Position numbers and translations under genes: made by a program | The notes under the pieces: generated by a model | Told to the model about the DNA's origin: nothing | Database searches by the model: none | What the model saw: only the letters and a program-made list of their open reading frames with translations | Assembly (NCBI GenBank): GCA_038131935.1 | Contig: JAYPQH010000022.1 | Location: 61,478-125,477, forward strand | DNA length: 64,000 nucleotides | From: Alphaproteobacteria bacterium | GTDB lineage: Bacteria > Pseudomonadota > Alphaproteobacteria > UBA8317 | Direction: 5' to 3' | Part shown: piece after piece, positions 10,871-20,963 of the stretch | Layout: every line of letters begins with the position of its first letter | Numbering within the stretch: the stretch's first letter is position 1

Positions 10871-11400
10871 GGAGGTAAGGCTGGAGCAATCGCATCCGGT
10901 GGACGCACATATAGAGGTTTAATGGGCAAAGTAAGTGCCTGCGATTGAAAAAATGCACGTGGATGAAGATTTTCATCTTCATTGATACGTCTCGCTTGAG
11001 ACTCTTTTTGCGCCCTTAGATGTGGCTCTTTCAAAAACCCATCCTTGTGAGGCACAGCCTCTATGATGTCGCGTTCGCCTTGTGCGAAGCCTAACAGCTC
11101 CCCTTCATTTGTGTGACATAAATGGAAAAGGGTTGTTGTTGTCACAGGAATATTAAGACCGAAAGCGAGACCTTGCGCATAAGCAAGACCAGATCTGAGG
11201 GCTGTAAAACCGCCAGGCCCTAAGCAAACCCTTATCTCGGTTACATCAGAATTGGTCACACCAAGCTCTTCAAGCAAATTTTGAAATGCAATGGGCAACA
11301 TTTCAGCAAGGTGATTGCCGATATCTGCCCAAACAAGCCGATTGCCGTCACCGAGGATAACGGCATGGGCATAGCCTGCTGTTTGTATCCCTAATTTCAT
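10852..11400 (-). CDS. tsaB: tRNA threonylcarbamoyladenosine biosynthesis protein TsaB
   Basis: LGIQTA, HLAEMLP, VCLGPGGFTALRSGLAYAQGLA, PLYVRPPDA. Confidence 0.9.
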   Translation of the reverse strand: MKLGIQTAGYAHAVILGDGNRLVWADIGNHLAEMLPIAFQNLLEELGVTNSDVTEIRVCLGPGGFTALRSGLAYAQGLAFGLNIPVTTTTLFHLCHTNEGELLGFAQGERDIIEAVPHKDGFLKEPHLRAQKESQARRINEDENLHPRAFFQSQALTLPIKPLYVRPPDAIAPALPPWLTQT

Positions 11401-11401
11401 A

Positions 11402-11947
11402 TTAGGCTTGGCGCACCTCAATCACATCAGGAACCTGCCGTCTCAGCATATTTTCAATTCCATGTTTCAATGTCATGGTCGCCGATGGACAACCTGCGCA
11501 AGCGCCTTGCATGGAAAGATATACAATGCCTTTTTCAAATCCTACCAACGTCACATCTCCACCATCTCTTGCAACAGCAGGGCGAATATACGTGTCAATT
11601 ACCGAGCGAATTTTGGCAGTCACCTCATCATCATCAGCGCCCACTACCTCTTGATCATCGCCATCTTGGATAACGGGTGCGCCAGACATAAAGTGATCCA
11701 TGATCGCCCCCAGCACAGATGGCTTCAGATGCGACCAATGCCAATCCTCCACCTTTGTGACAGAGATAAAATCACCACCCAAAAAGACGGCGTTCACACC
11801 TTCTAGCGCCAAAAGCCTCTGGGCTAATGGCGAAAATGTAAGGTCATCACCTTCCACAAATGTAACGGCCTTTTCAGGAGATACATCACGGCCTGGCAAA
11901 AATTTTACAGTTGCTGGATTAGGGGTCTCTTCAGTTTGAATAAACAT
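11402..11947 (-). CDS. NifU/NfuA family Fe-S cluster carrier
   Basis: MFIQTEETPNPATVKFLP, IRPAVARDGGD, GACAGCPSA. Confidence 0.97.
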   Translation of the reverse strand: MFIQTEETPNPATVKFLPGRDVSPEKAVTFVEGDDLTFSPLAQRLLALEGVNAVFLGGDFISVTKVEDWHWSHLKPSVLGAIMDHFMSGAPVIQDGDDQEVVGADDDEVTAKIRSVIDTYIRPAVARDGGDVTLVGFEKGIVYLSMQGACAGCPSATMTLKHGIENMLRRQVPDVIEVRQA

Positions 11948-11959
11948 AGTATGCTCCGC

Positions 11960-12433
11960 TTACGTCAACTCATCAATTTGTAAATCAGTTAGATGGCCAG
12001 GTACGATCGATATGGGGACACGCAGTCCTCCTGACAACTCGCCGGCCAATGAAACCACCAAAGGTCCAGGGCCTTCGCCATCGGTTGCAGCACCGAGTAC
12101 AAGAATTCTTATGTCTTTATCCTCATCCAATTCCGCAAGAACCTCGTCCCGCACGCGCCCTTCGCGGATAACATATTCAACCGGAATTTCGGCAACCGCA
12201 TGTATTTCATCTGCAAGATCTGAAAGAAGCGCTTCGGCAGCGGCACGCGCTTCATCACGCATCATCTCTTTCACACCAAGCCAATGTTCAAACGATGGTG
12301 CATCCAAAACACTCAAAAGCTTAATGACACCGTCAGTGCGCTCTCCTCTTCTTATGGCGAACCTGAGGGCTTTACGGCATTCAGGCGTGTCATCCACCAC
12401 CACCATGAACTTTCTCGCAACCTTAGATGTCAT
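11960..12433 (-). CDS. Universal stress protein
   Basis: RKFMVVVDDTPEC, ILVLGAAT..GPGPLV, PISIVPG. Confidence 0.93.
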   Translation of the reverse strand: MTSKVARKFMVVVDDTPECRKALRFAIRRGERTDGVIKLLSVLDAPSFEHWLGVKEMMRDEARAAAEALLSDLADEIHAVAEIPVEYVIREGRVRDEVLAELDEDKDIRILVLGAATDGEGPGPLVVSLAGELSGGLRVPISIVPGHLTDLQIDELT

Positions 12434-12528
12434 TACATCAACCTTTTCGCCAAACCAGATTTCCATCCTCTTAAGTATGGGGAGAAGCGTTCAGGAATAA
12501 AAGCCCAAAACGAAACACTTCTCTGGTT

Positions 12529-13541
12529 TTAAGGCGAGACTGGTCTTGATAACCCCATCTTTTCATACACAAGATCACGTGTTGTTTGGGCAATCTGTGA
12601 TGCTTTGACGGCCCCATCATACAAAATATTGTTCATATGTTCTGGGTCCGCCTGCAAACGTTTCATTTCCGCACTGATAGGGGACAAATGATGGACAAGT
12701 GCGTCTGTAAGCGCTGGTTTAAATACAGAGAATTGTGATCCTCCATATTCTTTCAGAACATCAGCGATCGAACGATCTGTAATTGCAGCCATAATACCTA
12801 CCAGGTTTTTGGCTTCCAAACGGCCTTCGAGACCTTTTTCTTCAGATGGTAAAGCATCAGGATCTGTCGTCGCACGACGGATCTTCAATGCAATAGCGTC
12901 TTGATCATCATTCAAATGAACCCTTGAGGCCTCAGACGGATCAGATTTTGACATTTTTTGGAACCATCACGTAAAGACATGACCCGTGCGGCTTCAGGAA
13001 GGACCAATGTTTCTGGCTCTGGCAATAAGTTTTCAGCATCAAAGTCTGTGTTAAATTTCCGCGCAATATCACGTGCCAATTCCAAATGTTGACGCTGATC
13101 TTCACCCACAGGGACATGGGTTGAACGGTAAGCAAGAATATCTGCTGCCATGAGTACAGGATAGGTAAATAAACCAACTGAGGCATTTTCCCGATGTTTT
13201 CCTGCCTTTTCTTTAAACTGCGTCATACGGTTCAACCATCCCATCCTGGCGACACAATTAAGTGCCCAGGCCAATTCCGCATGCACCCCCACACGTGATT
13301 GGTTGAATAAAATTGCGCGTTGTGGGTCAACACCTGAGGCGACGAATGCCATGGCAACCTCTAATGTTGAACGACGTAAGGCATCAGGATCATGGGCAAC
13401 GGTAATGGCATGTAAATCTACCACACAATAAATACATTCATGGCTATCTTGTAATGCCACGAACTGACGAATGGCACCTAGATAATTGCCCAAATGCAAT
13501 TGTCCTGTTGGCTGAACCCCAGAAAATACGCGTGTTGTCAT
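12529..13541 (-). CDS. trpS: Tryptophanyl-tRNA synthetase (apparent -1 frameshift in A-run at 12954-12959)
   Basis: [31 protein letters not shown]. The KMSKS motif is split at the run; adding one A gives RDGSKKMSKSDP. Confidence 0.97.
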
Positions 13542-13703
13542 GGCCTGTCCCTACCTTACCGCCCTACCTTAAAATGGCATACGCTGTTTGAAGCATTCAC
13601 GTGCTAACGATTGGCCCAAACAAGGACCTGGGGTCAAGGTTTCGTTTTTTAAAGCCAATATTCTAAAACTCTAGAATTTCACGATCTTTATATTTCATGC
13701 CTT

Positions 13704-15350
13704 CTAGAGGAGAGGTTTTTTTGTGGCGATGTGGTGAACCCCAAAAAGCCAGGATATCAAAATAAAACTTATCAACCCGACTAAAATGCGAATACCCAAA
13801 TCTATGGCATGAAGTCCAAACATTTGGAGGGGAGGGATGACGTACAGAATAATGGACATAAAAGCGCTCGCAAGCAAAATCTGGCCAATTGTGACGATGG
13901 TTGATAGCTGCCAGTGATGGTATCCTCGAAGGTTCATGATGACCAACATACATACCAGTTGGCACCAAGCAGCAATCGATGTGGATGCTGCAATACCAAC
14001 ATGTCCATAAAAAGGGAATAAAACCAGTGACATCAAAATATTGATGACCATTGATAAGGCTGCTAACCGCATAGGTGTTTTGGTATCCAGTCGGGCAAAA
14101 AATCCTGGGGAAAACACTTTCACCCCTACATAAGCTGGCAAACCAAAAACAAATGCTTGTAGTGCCAAAGCTGTATTTCGACTGTCCTCTGCACCAAATT
14201 GTCCATATTCAAAAAGAACTGTAATAATAGCCAACGCGAGCGACCACAGCCCAAAAGTAGCGGGCAACGTAAAAACCATTGCCAACAACAATGAGTGATC
14301 AACCAGATCCCGCGCATCTTCAGGTTTTTTTTGTAACGATGTGGTCAGTTTGGGAAGCAAAACAACGCCAATAGCAATACCAATCAACCCCAAAGGGAAT
14401 TGATAAAGACGGTCAGCGTAATACAGATAAGCACGCCCCCCCTCTTGAAAAGACGCAATGATACCGCCGGCCATTATATTGATTTGCACCACACCTCCTG
14501 CAAGAAGACCCGGACCAAACAATGTAAAAAACTGCCCAACGAGGGGAGACCATCGCGGCCGAACCAACCTCAGTGAAAATCGTAAACGGCTCAACCCCCA
14601 AAGCAAAAGACCAGCTTGACACACACCTGACAAAACAATGGCATATATGAATATAACTGCTGACAACTGACGCGGGGGCAGGGGCTCAAAAGACAGAGAC
14701 AATAGTGCAAAACAAGAAGTAATTATCTGGCTGAGCCTTTCTTCTCCCACACCCAGTCCCAAGGCTAGGGCTGCGATAGCTATGACGTTAAGCAAACAAG
14801 GTGCCGCCGCTGCCAATGAAAATTTATCAAACGAGTTCAAAATACCTGCATAAAGAGCCATAACAGACGCAAAAATCAGATATGGAAAAAGAATTCTTGC
14901 ATAGCTAACAGTTAATGCAAATTTCTCCTCATCTGGGGCGTGAACAAAGGGTAAATCTAGAGAAAAAGCATCGCTAACCCAGCTTATTGTTTGGGTGGAG
15001 TAGCCTGGCGCCAATACCATTACGATTTCAGGCATAAACATAATGGCAAAAATATTCACAGCCAACAGAATACCCAGAAGATATACCAGAATATTTTCAG
15101 CAAATAATTTTGCTGAATTTTTACCAAAGTTCTGGAGTTGTTGCGTAAACACGGGTACAAATGCTGCATTGAATGCCCCTTCAGCAAACAACCTTCTGCA
15201 CAAATTGGGGATTTGAAACGCAGCAACAAATGCATCTGCAACGGGACCAGAACCGAAGCTCATAGCTAATAGCAAATCACGTATAAACCCTAGCAATCTT
15301 GACAAAAACGTCCAAAACCCAACGAGGGCTGAGGAGCGCCACAAACTCAA
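13704..15350 (-). CDS. murJ: Lipid II flippase MurJ
   Basis: SRLLGFIRD, RRLFAEGAFNAAFVP, YYADRLYQFPLG, FFARLDTKTP. Confidence 0.98.
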   Translation of the reverse strand: MSLWRSSALVGFWTFLSRLLGFIRDLLLAMSFGSGPVADAFVAAFQIPNLCRRLFAEGAFNAAFVPVFTQQLQNFGKNSAKLFAENILVYLLGILLAVNIFAIMFMPEIVMVLAPGYSTQTISWVSDAFSLDLPFVHAPDEEKFALTVSYARILFPYLIFASVMALYAGILNSFDKFSLAAAAPCLLNVIAIAALALGLGVGEERLSQIITSCFALLSLSFEPLPPRQLSAVIFIYAIVLSGVCQAGLLLWGLSRLRFSLRLVRPRWSPLVGQFFTLFGPGLLAGGVVQINIMAGGIIASFQEGGRAYLYYADRLYQFPLGLIGIAIGVVLLPKLTTSLQKKPEDARDLVDHSLLLAMVFTLPATFGLWSLALAIITVLFEYGQFGAEDSRNTALALQAFVFGLPAYVGVKVFSPGFFARLDTKTPMRLAALSMVINILMSLVLFPFYGHVGIAASTSIAAWCQLVCMLVIMNLRGYHHWQLSTIVTIGQILLASAFMSIILYVIPPLQMFGLHAIDLGIRILVGLISFILISWLFGVHHIATKKPLL

Positions 15351-18073
15351 GTTACCATCCCCATTGCATTTTTTTGAAGGATATCAAGTAAAGCTTCCCG
15401 GATACGTACCATTTTTGTTTCATTTGTTACTTTCAAACCAAAAGCATCTCTCACATAGAGAACATCTACTGCTTTTTCACCAAAAGTTGCAATTTGAGCA
15501 GAAGAAATCCGCAGATTTTGGGCAACGAGAACCCTTGAAATATCATAGAGTAACCCCAAACGATCCCGGGCTGAAACTTCAATCAGCGTGTGTGTTTGTG
15601 AGGCCTCATTATCAAGGGATACATCAGATGCAACGGAAAATGCATCCGCCTTGGTTCTCTTTTTTCTACGATGTGCCAGCTCATCGGGGAGTATTACCGC
15701 ACCATGCAAGCTATCCAAAACGGCTTGTTCCAAGCGCTTAATACGACTTGCATCATTGATGGCCTGCCCTCGCTCATCCTGGATCCACAATGTATCCAAA
15801 GCCAATCCATCCGTTGTGGTGAAAATTTTTGCATCCACAACCGACAACCCTGATAGAGCAACAGCTCCTGTTAATCTGGAAAACAAACCAGGATGATCAT
15901 CTGTTAGAATACAAAACCGTGTAATACCTCGAAATTGGTCATCCGTGGAAGAAAAAGCTATGGAGGATCCTTTGCTGTCACGTTGATTCACCAACTCTGC
16001 ATGCGCTGCAATGGTGGCTTGATCCATCGTTGTCCAATAGCTGTCATAATGCATGTTAAGAAATCGTTCTTGTACAGAAGGATATTGCTGAGCAAATTGC
16101 TCACGCGATCGATGCGCTGCATGAGACTGTCTTCGCGCCGGGTTTACGCCCGCCATAGCATCATGGGCTGACTGATAGAGTTGTCTTAGCAATTCTCCTT
16201 TCCAGCCATTCCATACACCAGGCCCAACGGCCCGGATATCCGCCACCGTGAGAACAAGCAAATAGCGTAATCGCGCTGGAGTGTGCACGATCGAAACAAA
16301 ATCTGCTATTGTTTTGGGGTCAGAAAGGTCACGTCTTTGAGCTACATCTGACATGAGCAAATGGTGGCGTACCAGCCATGCCACCGTTTCCGTGTCAGCA
16401 GCACTTAGTCCAAGTCGTGGTGCCAATTTTTGCGCAATACGTGCACCAGCAATTGAATGATCTTCGTCTCTACCTTTGGCCATATCATGCAAAAACATCG
16501 CAAGATAAATCACATCACGTGAGCCCAAACGTCCTACCAACTCTGATGCCAAGGGATGTTGCTCTTTATGCAAACCTCTCTCTATTTGCGCCAGCATACC
16601 AACGGTCTGAATAAGATGCTCATCAGCGGTGTAATGATGATACATATTGAACTGCATCATCGCGACAATTTTTCCAAAGTCAGGCAAAAATTTGCCCAAA
16701 ACACCTGCTTCATTCATGCGTCTCAACGTATTTTCACAATGATCCGCATCCGTCAAAATTTTTAAAAACAATTGATTTGCGCGCTTATCTTGCCTTAGCT
16801 GTGAATTGATCAGATTCAATCTCTCCGCTAAAAGCTCTAAGGCTTTGGGATGAATGTCTGCTTGATGCACCTGGGATAAACGAAAAATTTCTATAATCGT
16901 CGTAGGATTCGTTTCAATGATTGATGGTTTGTCGAAATCAATTCGGCCATTCACGAAACGAAATCCTTCAGCTGGTTTGGTTTGCATGGTTAAAAATGAT
17001 GGCAGTAACCGCACCAAACCCGGAGCCTTTTTTTTCTGTTCTTCTTCCAAGGCTGCACATATAATTCTTGTCATATCTCCTACATCTTTGGCCGCCAAAA
17101 AATATCGCTTCATAAAGCGCTCAACACCACGCATGGTACCGCGCTGCGCGAAACCCATGCGCTGTGCTATTTCTGGCTGAATATCAAAGCTAACCCGTTC
17201 TTCCGCGCGGCCACGACATAAATGCAAATGAAGACGCACAGTCCATAAAAACCGCCGCGCTCGATCAAAACGACGATATGCATCACGAGATAGAACAGAT
17301 TTTTTGATCAGATCTTCTGGCTCCCTTGTACCCAAACTATATTTGGCAAGCCAAAAGAGCGTATGAAGGTCCCGTAAACCACCTTTACCATCCTTCACAT
17401 TTGGCTCAACAAGATAGCGGGATCCACCATGACGCTTATGGCGCTGGTCTCGCTCTTGCAGCTTAGCCGACACAAATTCCATCGCTGTGGTTGCAAAAAC
17501 TTCACGCTCCAAGCGTTTGTTACACTGCTCAAATAAATTCTTGTCACCATAAACAAGCCGCGATTCAAGTAATGCCGTCCGGATTGTCATATCTGATCTT
17601 GCCATAACAATCGTCTCGTCTGCAGACCGTACGGCATGACCCACTTTGAGTTTCATGTCCCAAAGTGCATAGAGCATGCTTTCAACAACCTGCTCACCCC
17701 AAGGCGTTTGTTTATATGGTGTCAAAAACAGCACATCTACATCTGAAAATGGCGCCATGGCATGCCGGCCATACCCACCTGTGGCCACAAGCGCAAAAGC
17801 CTCCGCTTTCGAGGGGTTAGGGTTACGATGGACATGCAAAGTGATGGCATCTAATAACGTTGAGATGATGTCATCCATTTGCGTTGCAAGTAAACGGGCC
17901 AGTTTCAATCCATCAGGTCGTGCGAGCATGAGACGCTCATCAACAACGTGATGGGCATTTGCCCATATTTGTTGCAACTCAGGCACAAGACTTTTGAGAA
18001 GCGAAGCCCCCTGGTTCTCAAAATGCTTTAGTCGGATCAGAGAAAGTTGTTGGCTATCTAAGAAGTTTTTCAT
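15347..18073 (-). CDS. glnD: [Protein-PII] uridylyltransferase
   Basis: ATGGYGR..MAPFSDVD, EPNVKDGKGGLRDL, HD domain (LHDMAKG), two C-terminal ACT domains. Confidence 0.98.
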   Translation of the reverse strand: MKNFLDSQQLSLIRLKHFENQGASLLKSLVPELQQIWANAHHVVDERLMLARPDGLKLARLLATQMDDIISTLLDAITLHVHRNPNPSKAEAFALVATGGYGRHAMAPFSDVDVLFLTPYKQTPWGEQVVESMLYALWDMKLKVGHAVRSADETIVMARSDMTIRTALLESRLVYGDKNLFEQCNKRLEREVFATTAMEFVSAKLQERDQRHKRHGGSRYLVEPNVKDGKGGLRDLHTLFWLAKYSLGTREPEDLIKKSVLSRDAYRRFDRARRFLWTVRLHLHLCRGRAEERVSFDIQPEIAQRMGFAQRGTMRGVERFMKRYFLAAKDVGDMTRIICAALEEEQKKKAPGLVRLLPSFLTMQTKPAEGFRFVNGRIDFDKPSIIETNPTTIIEIFRLSQVHQADIHPKALELLAERLNLINSQLRQDKRANQLFLKILTDADHCENTLRRMNEAGVLGKFLPDFGKIVAMMQFNMYHHYTADEHLIQTVGMLAQIERGLHKEQHPLASELVGRLGSRDVIYLAMFLHDMAKGRDEDHSIAGARIAQKLAPRLGLSAADTETVAWLVRHHLLMSDVAQRRDLSDPKTIADFVSIVHTPARLRYLLVLTVADIRAVGPGVWNGWKGELLRQLYQSAHDAMAGVNPARRQSHAAHRSREQFAQQYPSVQERFLNMHYDSYWTTMDQATIAAHAELVNQRDSKGSSIAFSSTDDQFRGITRFCILTDDHPGLFSRLTGAVALSGLSVVDAKIFTTTDGLALDTLWIQDERGQAINDASRIKRLEQAVLDSLHGAVILPDELAHRRKKRTKADAFSVASDVSLDNEASQTHTLIEVSARDRLGLLYDISRVLVAQNLRISSAQIATFGEKAVDVLYVRDAFGLKVTNETKMVRIREALLDILQKNAMGMVT

Positions 18074-20734
18074 CCCTCAACACCCTCTTCTAGGTCACTC
18101 TTCAGCTGATATATTAGTTCCAATGCCTCACGCGCGGTCATATCATCTGGCTGACAATGGTGAAGCCTATCAATTACGCCCATGTAAAGCTCCATGGAAC
18201 GCGTTACATTACATGGTTTGGGCGCAATGCTTGTTTGCGAAAACAAAGGAAGGTCTTCCAAGGGATCATCGCTTTGACTTTTCGACTCTAATCTTTGCAA
18301 AACTTCTGTGGCACGTCGCAAAACAGGTTCTGGGAGACCTGCCAATCGGGCAACTTGAATCCCATAGGACCTATCTGCGGTGCCAGCAACCACCTCATGC
18401 ATAAACACCACATTGTCCTTCCATTCTTTAACTTTGAGCGTCAAACAACCCAGACCAGAAAGTTTTTCTACCAAACGAGCCAACTCATGATAATGGGTTG
18501 CTATCAAACCTCGGCAACCATTGACATCATGAAGATGTTCTATGCTGGCCCAAGCAAGTGACATGCCGTCATAGGTTGCCGTTCCCCGCCCTAACTCATC
18601 TAGGATAACCAAAGAACGCGGCGTCGCCTGATGTAAAATAGCAGCTGCTTCAACCATTTCCACCATGAAGGTTGAACGCCCCCTTGCAAGATCATCCGAA
18701 GCGCCAACCCTAGAAAACAGTCGATCTACCCAGCCGATATGTGCTTTTTGTGCAGGAACAAATGCTCCGATTTGCGCAAGAATAACAATAAGAGCAGTCT
18801 GCCGAAGAAATGTAGATTTTCCTGCCATGTTGGGTCCGGTTACCAATTGCAACCGTTGCCCTTTAGATGCATCAAGTTGCGTATCATTGGGCACAAATGG
18901 ATGGATATTTTCTTGGGCCAGTTGCTCTTCAACAACAGGATGACGGCCCTGAATAATCTCTAAGATAGGTTCATCACATAGAACGGGTCGAACCCAACCA
19001 TGGTCATCAGCATGTCGCGCATGCGAAGCCATAACATCTATAAATGCTAAGATGTCTGCCATCGAAGACAATTCCGAGGCTTGAGTGAGCACCATATTGC
19101 TTAGTGCTTCAAAAATTTCCAATTCCTTGGACAAAGCTTGGCCTGCTGCGTCAGCCACCTGCCTTTCAAGCTCTCCAAGTTTTGTTGTTGTATACCTCAT
19201 GGCATTGGCCATGGTCTGTCTATGAATAAAATCACTGCCAGCTTGTTGCATCGTCTCTCGATGGGTAGACGTCACTTCTATAAAATACCCAAGAATATTA
19301 TTATGTTTTATTTTAAGACTTGGTATATTTAATGTTTCCCTAAAAATTCGACTCCATTCTGGCAATTATTCCCCTTGTATCATCCCGTAATGATATCAAG
19401 TGATCATAGTCTCCATCGTAACCACTTTTCAAAAAACCCCCATCTCTTATCAAAAGGGGGGGCTCATCGATAAGTGCGCGACGCAGTTCGGTAGCCAACG
19501 TCTGAAAGGATCGAAATACATTGATAAAATGTCCTGCATGAGGAAAGTTCAAACGCTCAAAGATGTCTGCTATCGTTGCAGCTTGCTCTATGGTGACATG
19601 GACACCCACAAGATCTCTCGGTCCTGCACGCTTAAGGGACAAACGTGATAATATTCGTGCAACATCTGACGTTCGTTGTAACAACTGCCGAATCAATCGA
19701 GATTCTTCACGTGAGCTCACAAACAATTGCACCATTGCTTGTCGTTCATGCAACAAAGTAAGATCGCTACTGGGCTCACATATATGCTTGGCAAGAAGCC
19801 GACTTCCTGCGCTGGTCACACATTTGTCAATCACCTGTAACAAACTGCCCTGACGTTCCCCACGCTGTGAGGTCACCAATTCCAGTGAGTGTCGTGCTGC
19901 TGCATCAATCAGCAATGTCCCTTGAGGATTCATAGCTTGCGGGGGCTGGAGGCGGTATGTGGCATCCAATTGTGTGAGGTCAACGTAACTGAGCAAAGCC
20001 CCAACCGCAGCTAAGGCCACATCTTGAAATTCACCAAAAGCATCTAATGTCAGAACGCCCAATCTCGCACACAATAAATTTTCACCCAATCTACGCCGAA
20101 ACTGGGTTGACTCGACAATTCTTCTCGTAGGCGTAATTTGTGCTGTTGAGATGGCCTTCTCTAGAAAAGGATCCTCGCCTGGTGGCACCAGAAGTTCAAC
20201 GGGTGAAAGGCCCGACAGCATAGCCGAGACACGAAGTTGATCCAGGTCCCCAAGACGCAACTCACCTGTCGAAATATCCACAGCAGCCAAGCCAAATTGC
20301 TTACCCTTTCTTACCAAAGCGGCAAGGTAATTGGTTTGTCCCCTTGGCAACAAGGAGTCCTCAGTAAGTGTTCCTGGTGTAACGATACGTACAACTTCAC
20401 GACGTACAACCGCCTTAGAGCCTCTCTTTTTTGCATCCTCTGGATTTTCTGTTTGTTCACAAACCGCAACACGACGCCCTGTTGCAATCAAACGATGAAG
20501 ATAGTTTTCTGAAGCATGAACGGGAACACCCGCCATGGGAATAGGTTCTCCCAGATGCTGTCCTCTTTTGGTAAGGGTGATATCCAGAACTTGTGATGCA
20601 TAAACAGCATCTTCAAAAAACAACTCATAAAAATCGCCCATTCGATAAAAAAGAAGACAATCATTATGGCGTTCTTTAATCTCAAGATATTGCATCATCA
20701 TAGGAGTCGTTGCATGATTTCTTGAAACTGACAT
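18070..20734 (-). CDS. mutS: DNA mismatch repair protein MutS (apparent +1 frameshift in T-run at 19342-19346)
   Basis: [50 protein letters not shown]; the two ORFs join on removing one T. Confidence 0.97.
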
Positions 20735-20963
20735 GTCATAAACTCCCTGGTTGGCCTTGTAAGGACTAACGCATAGAAAAACATTTTTCTCTTGCCCTAT
20801 ATAGGGTTTTTCAAGCTTAGTGGATTAGCTATACCATCTTGTCACCTTTGCCGACAGCCAGGACTGCATATGGGTTAACAGCAAGGTCTTGTGGTAAAGG
20901 GCGTACAGGTCATATGAAAAAACTTAAGTTCGGTCAAAAAAACTGGGAGATGAGATAACAGCC

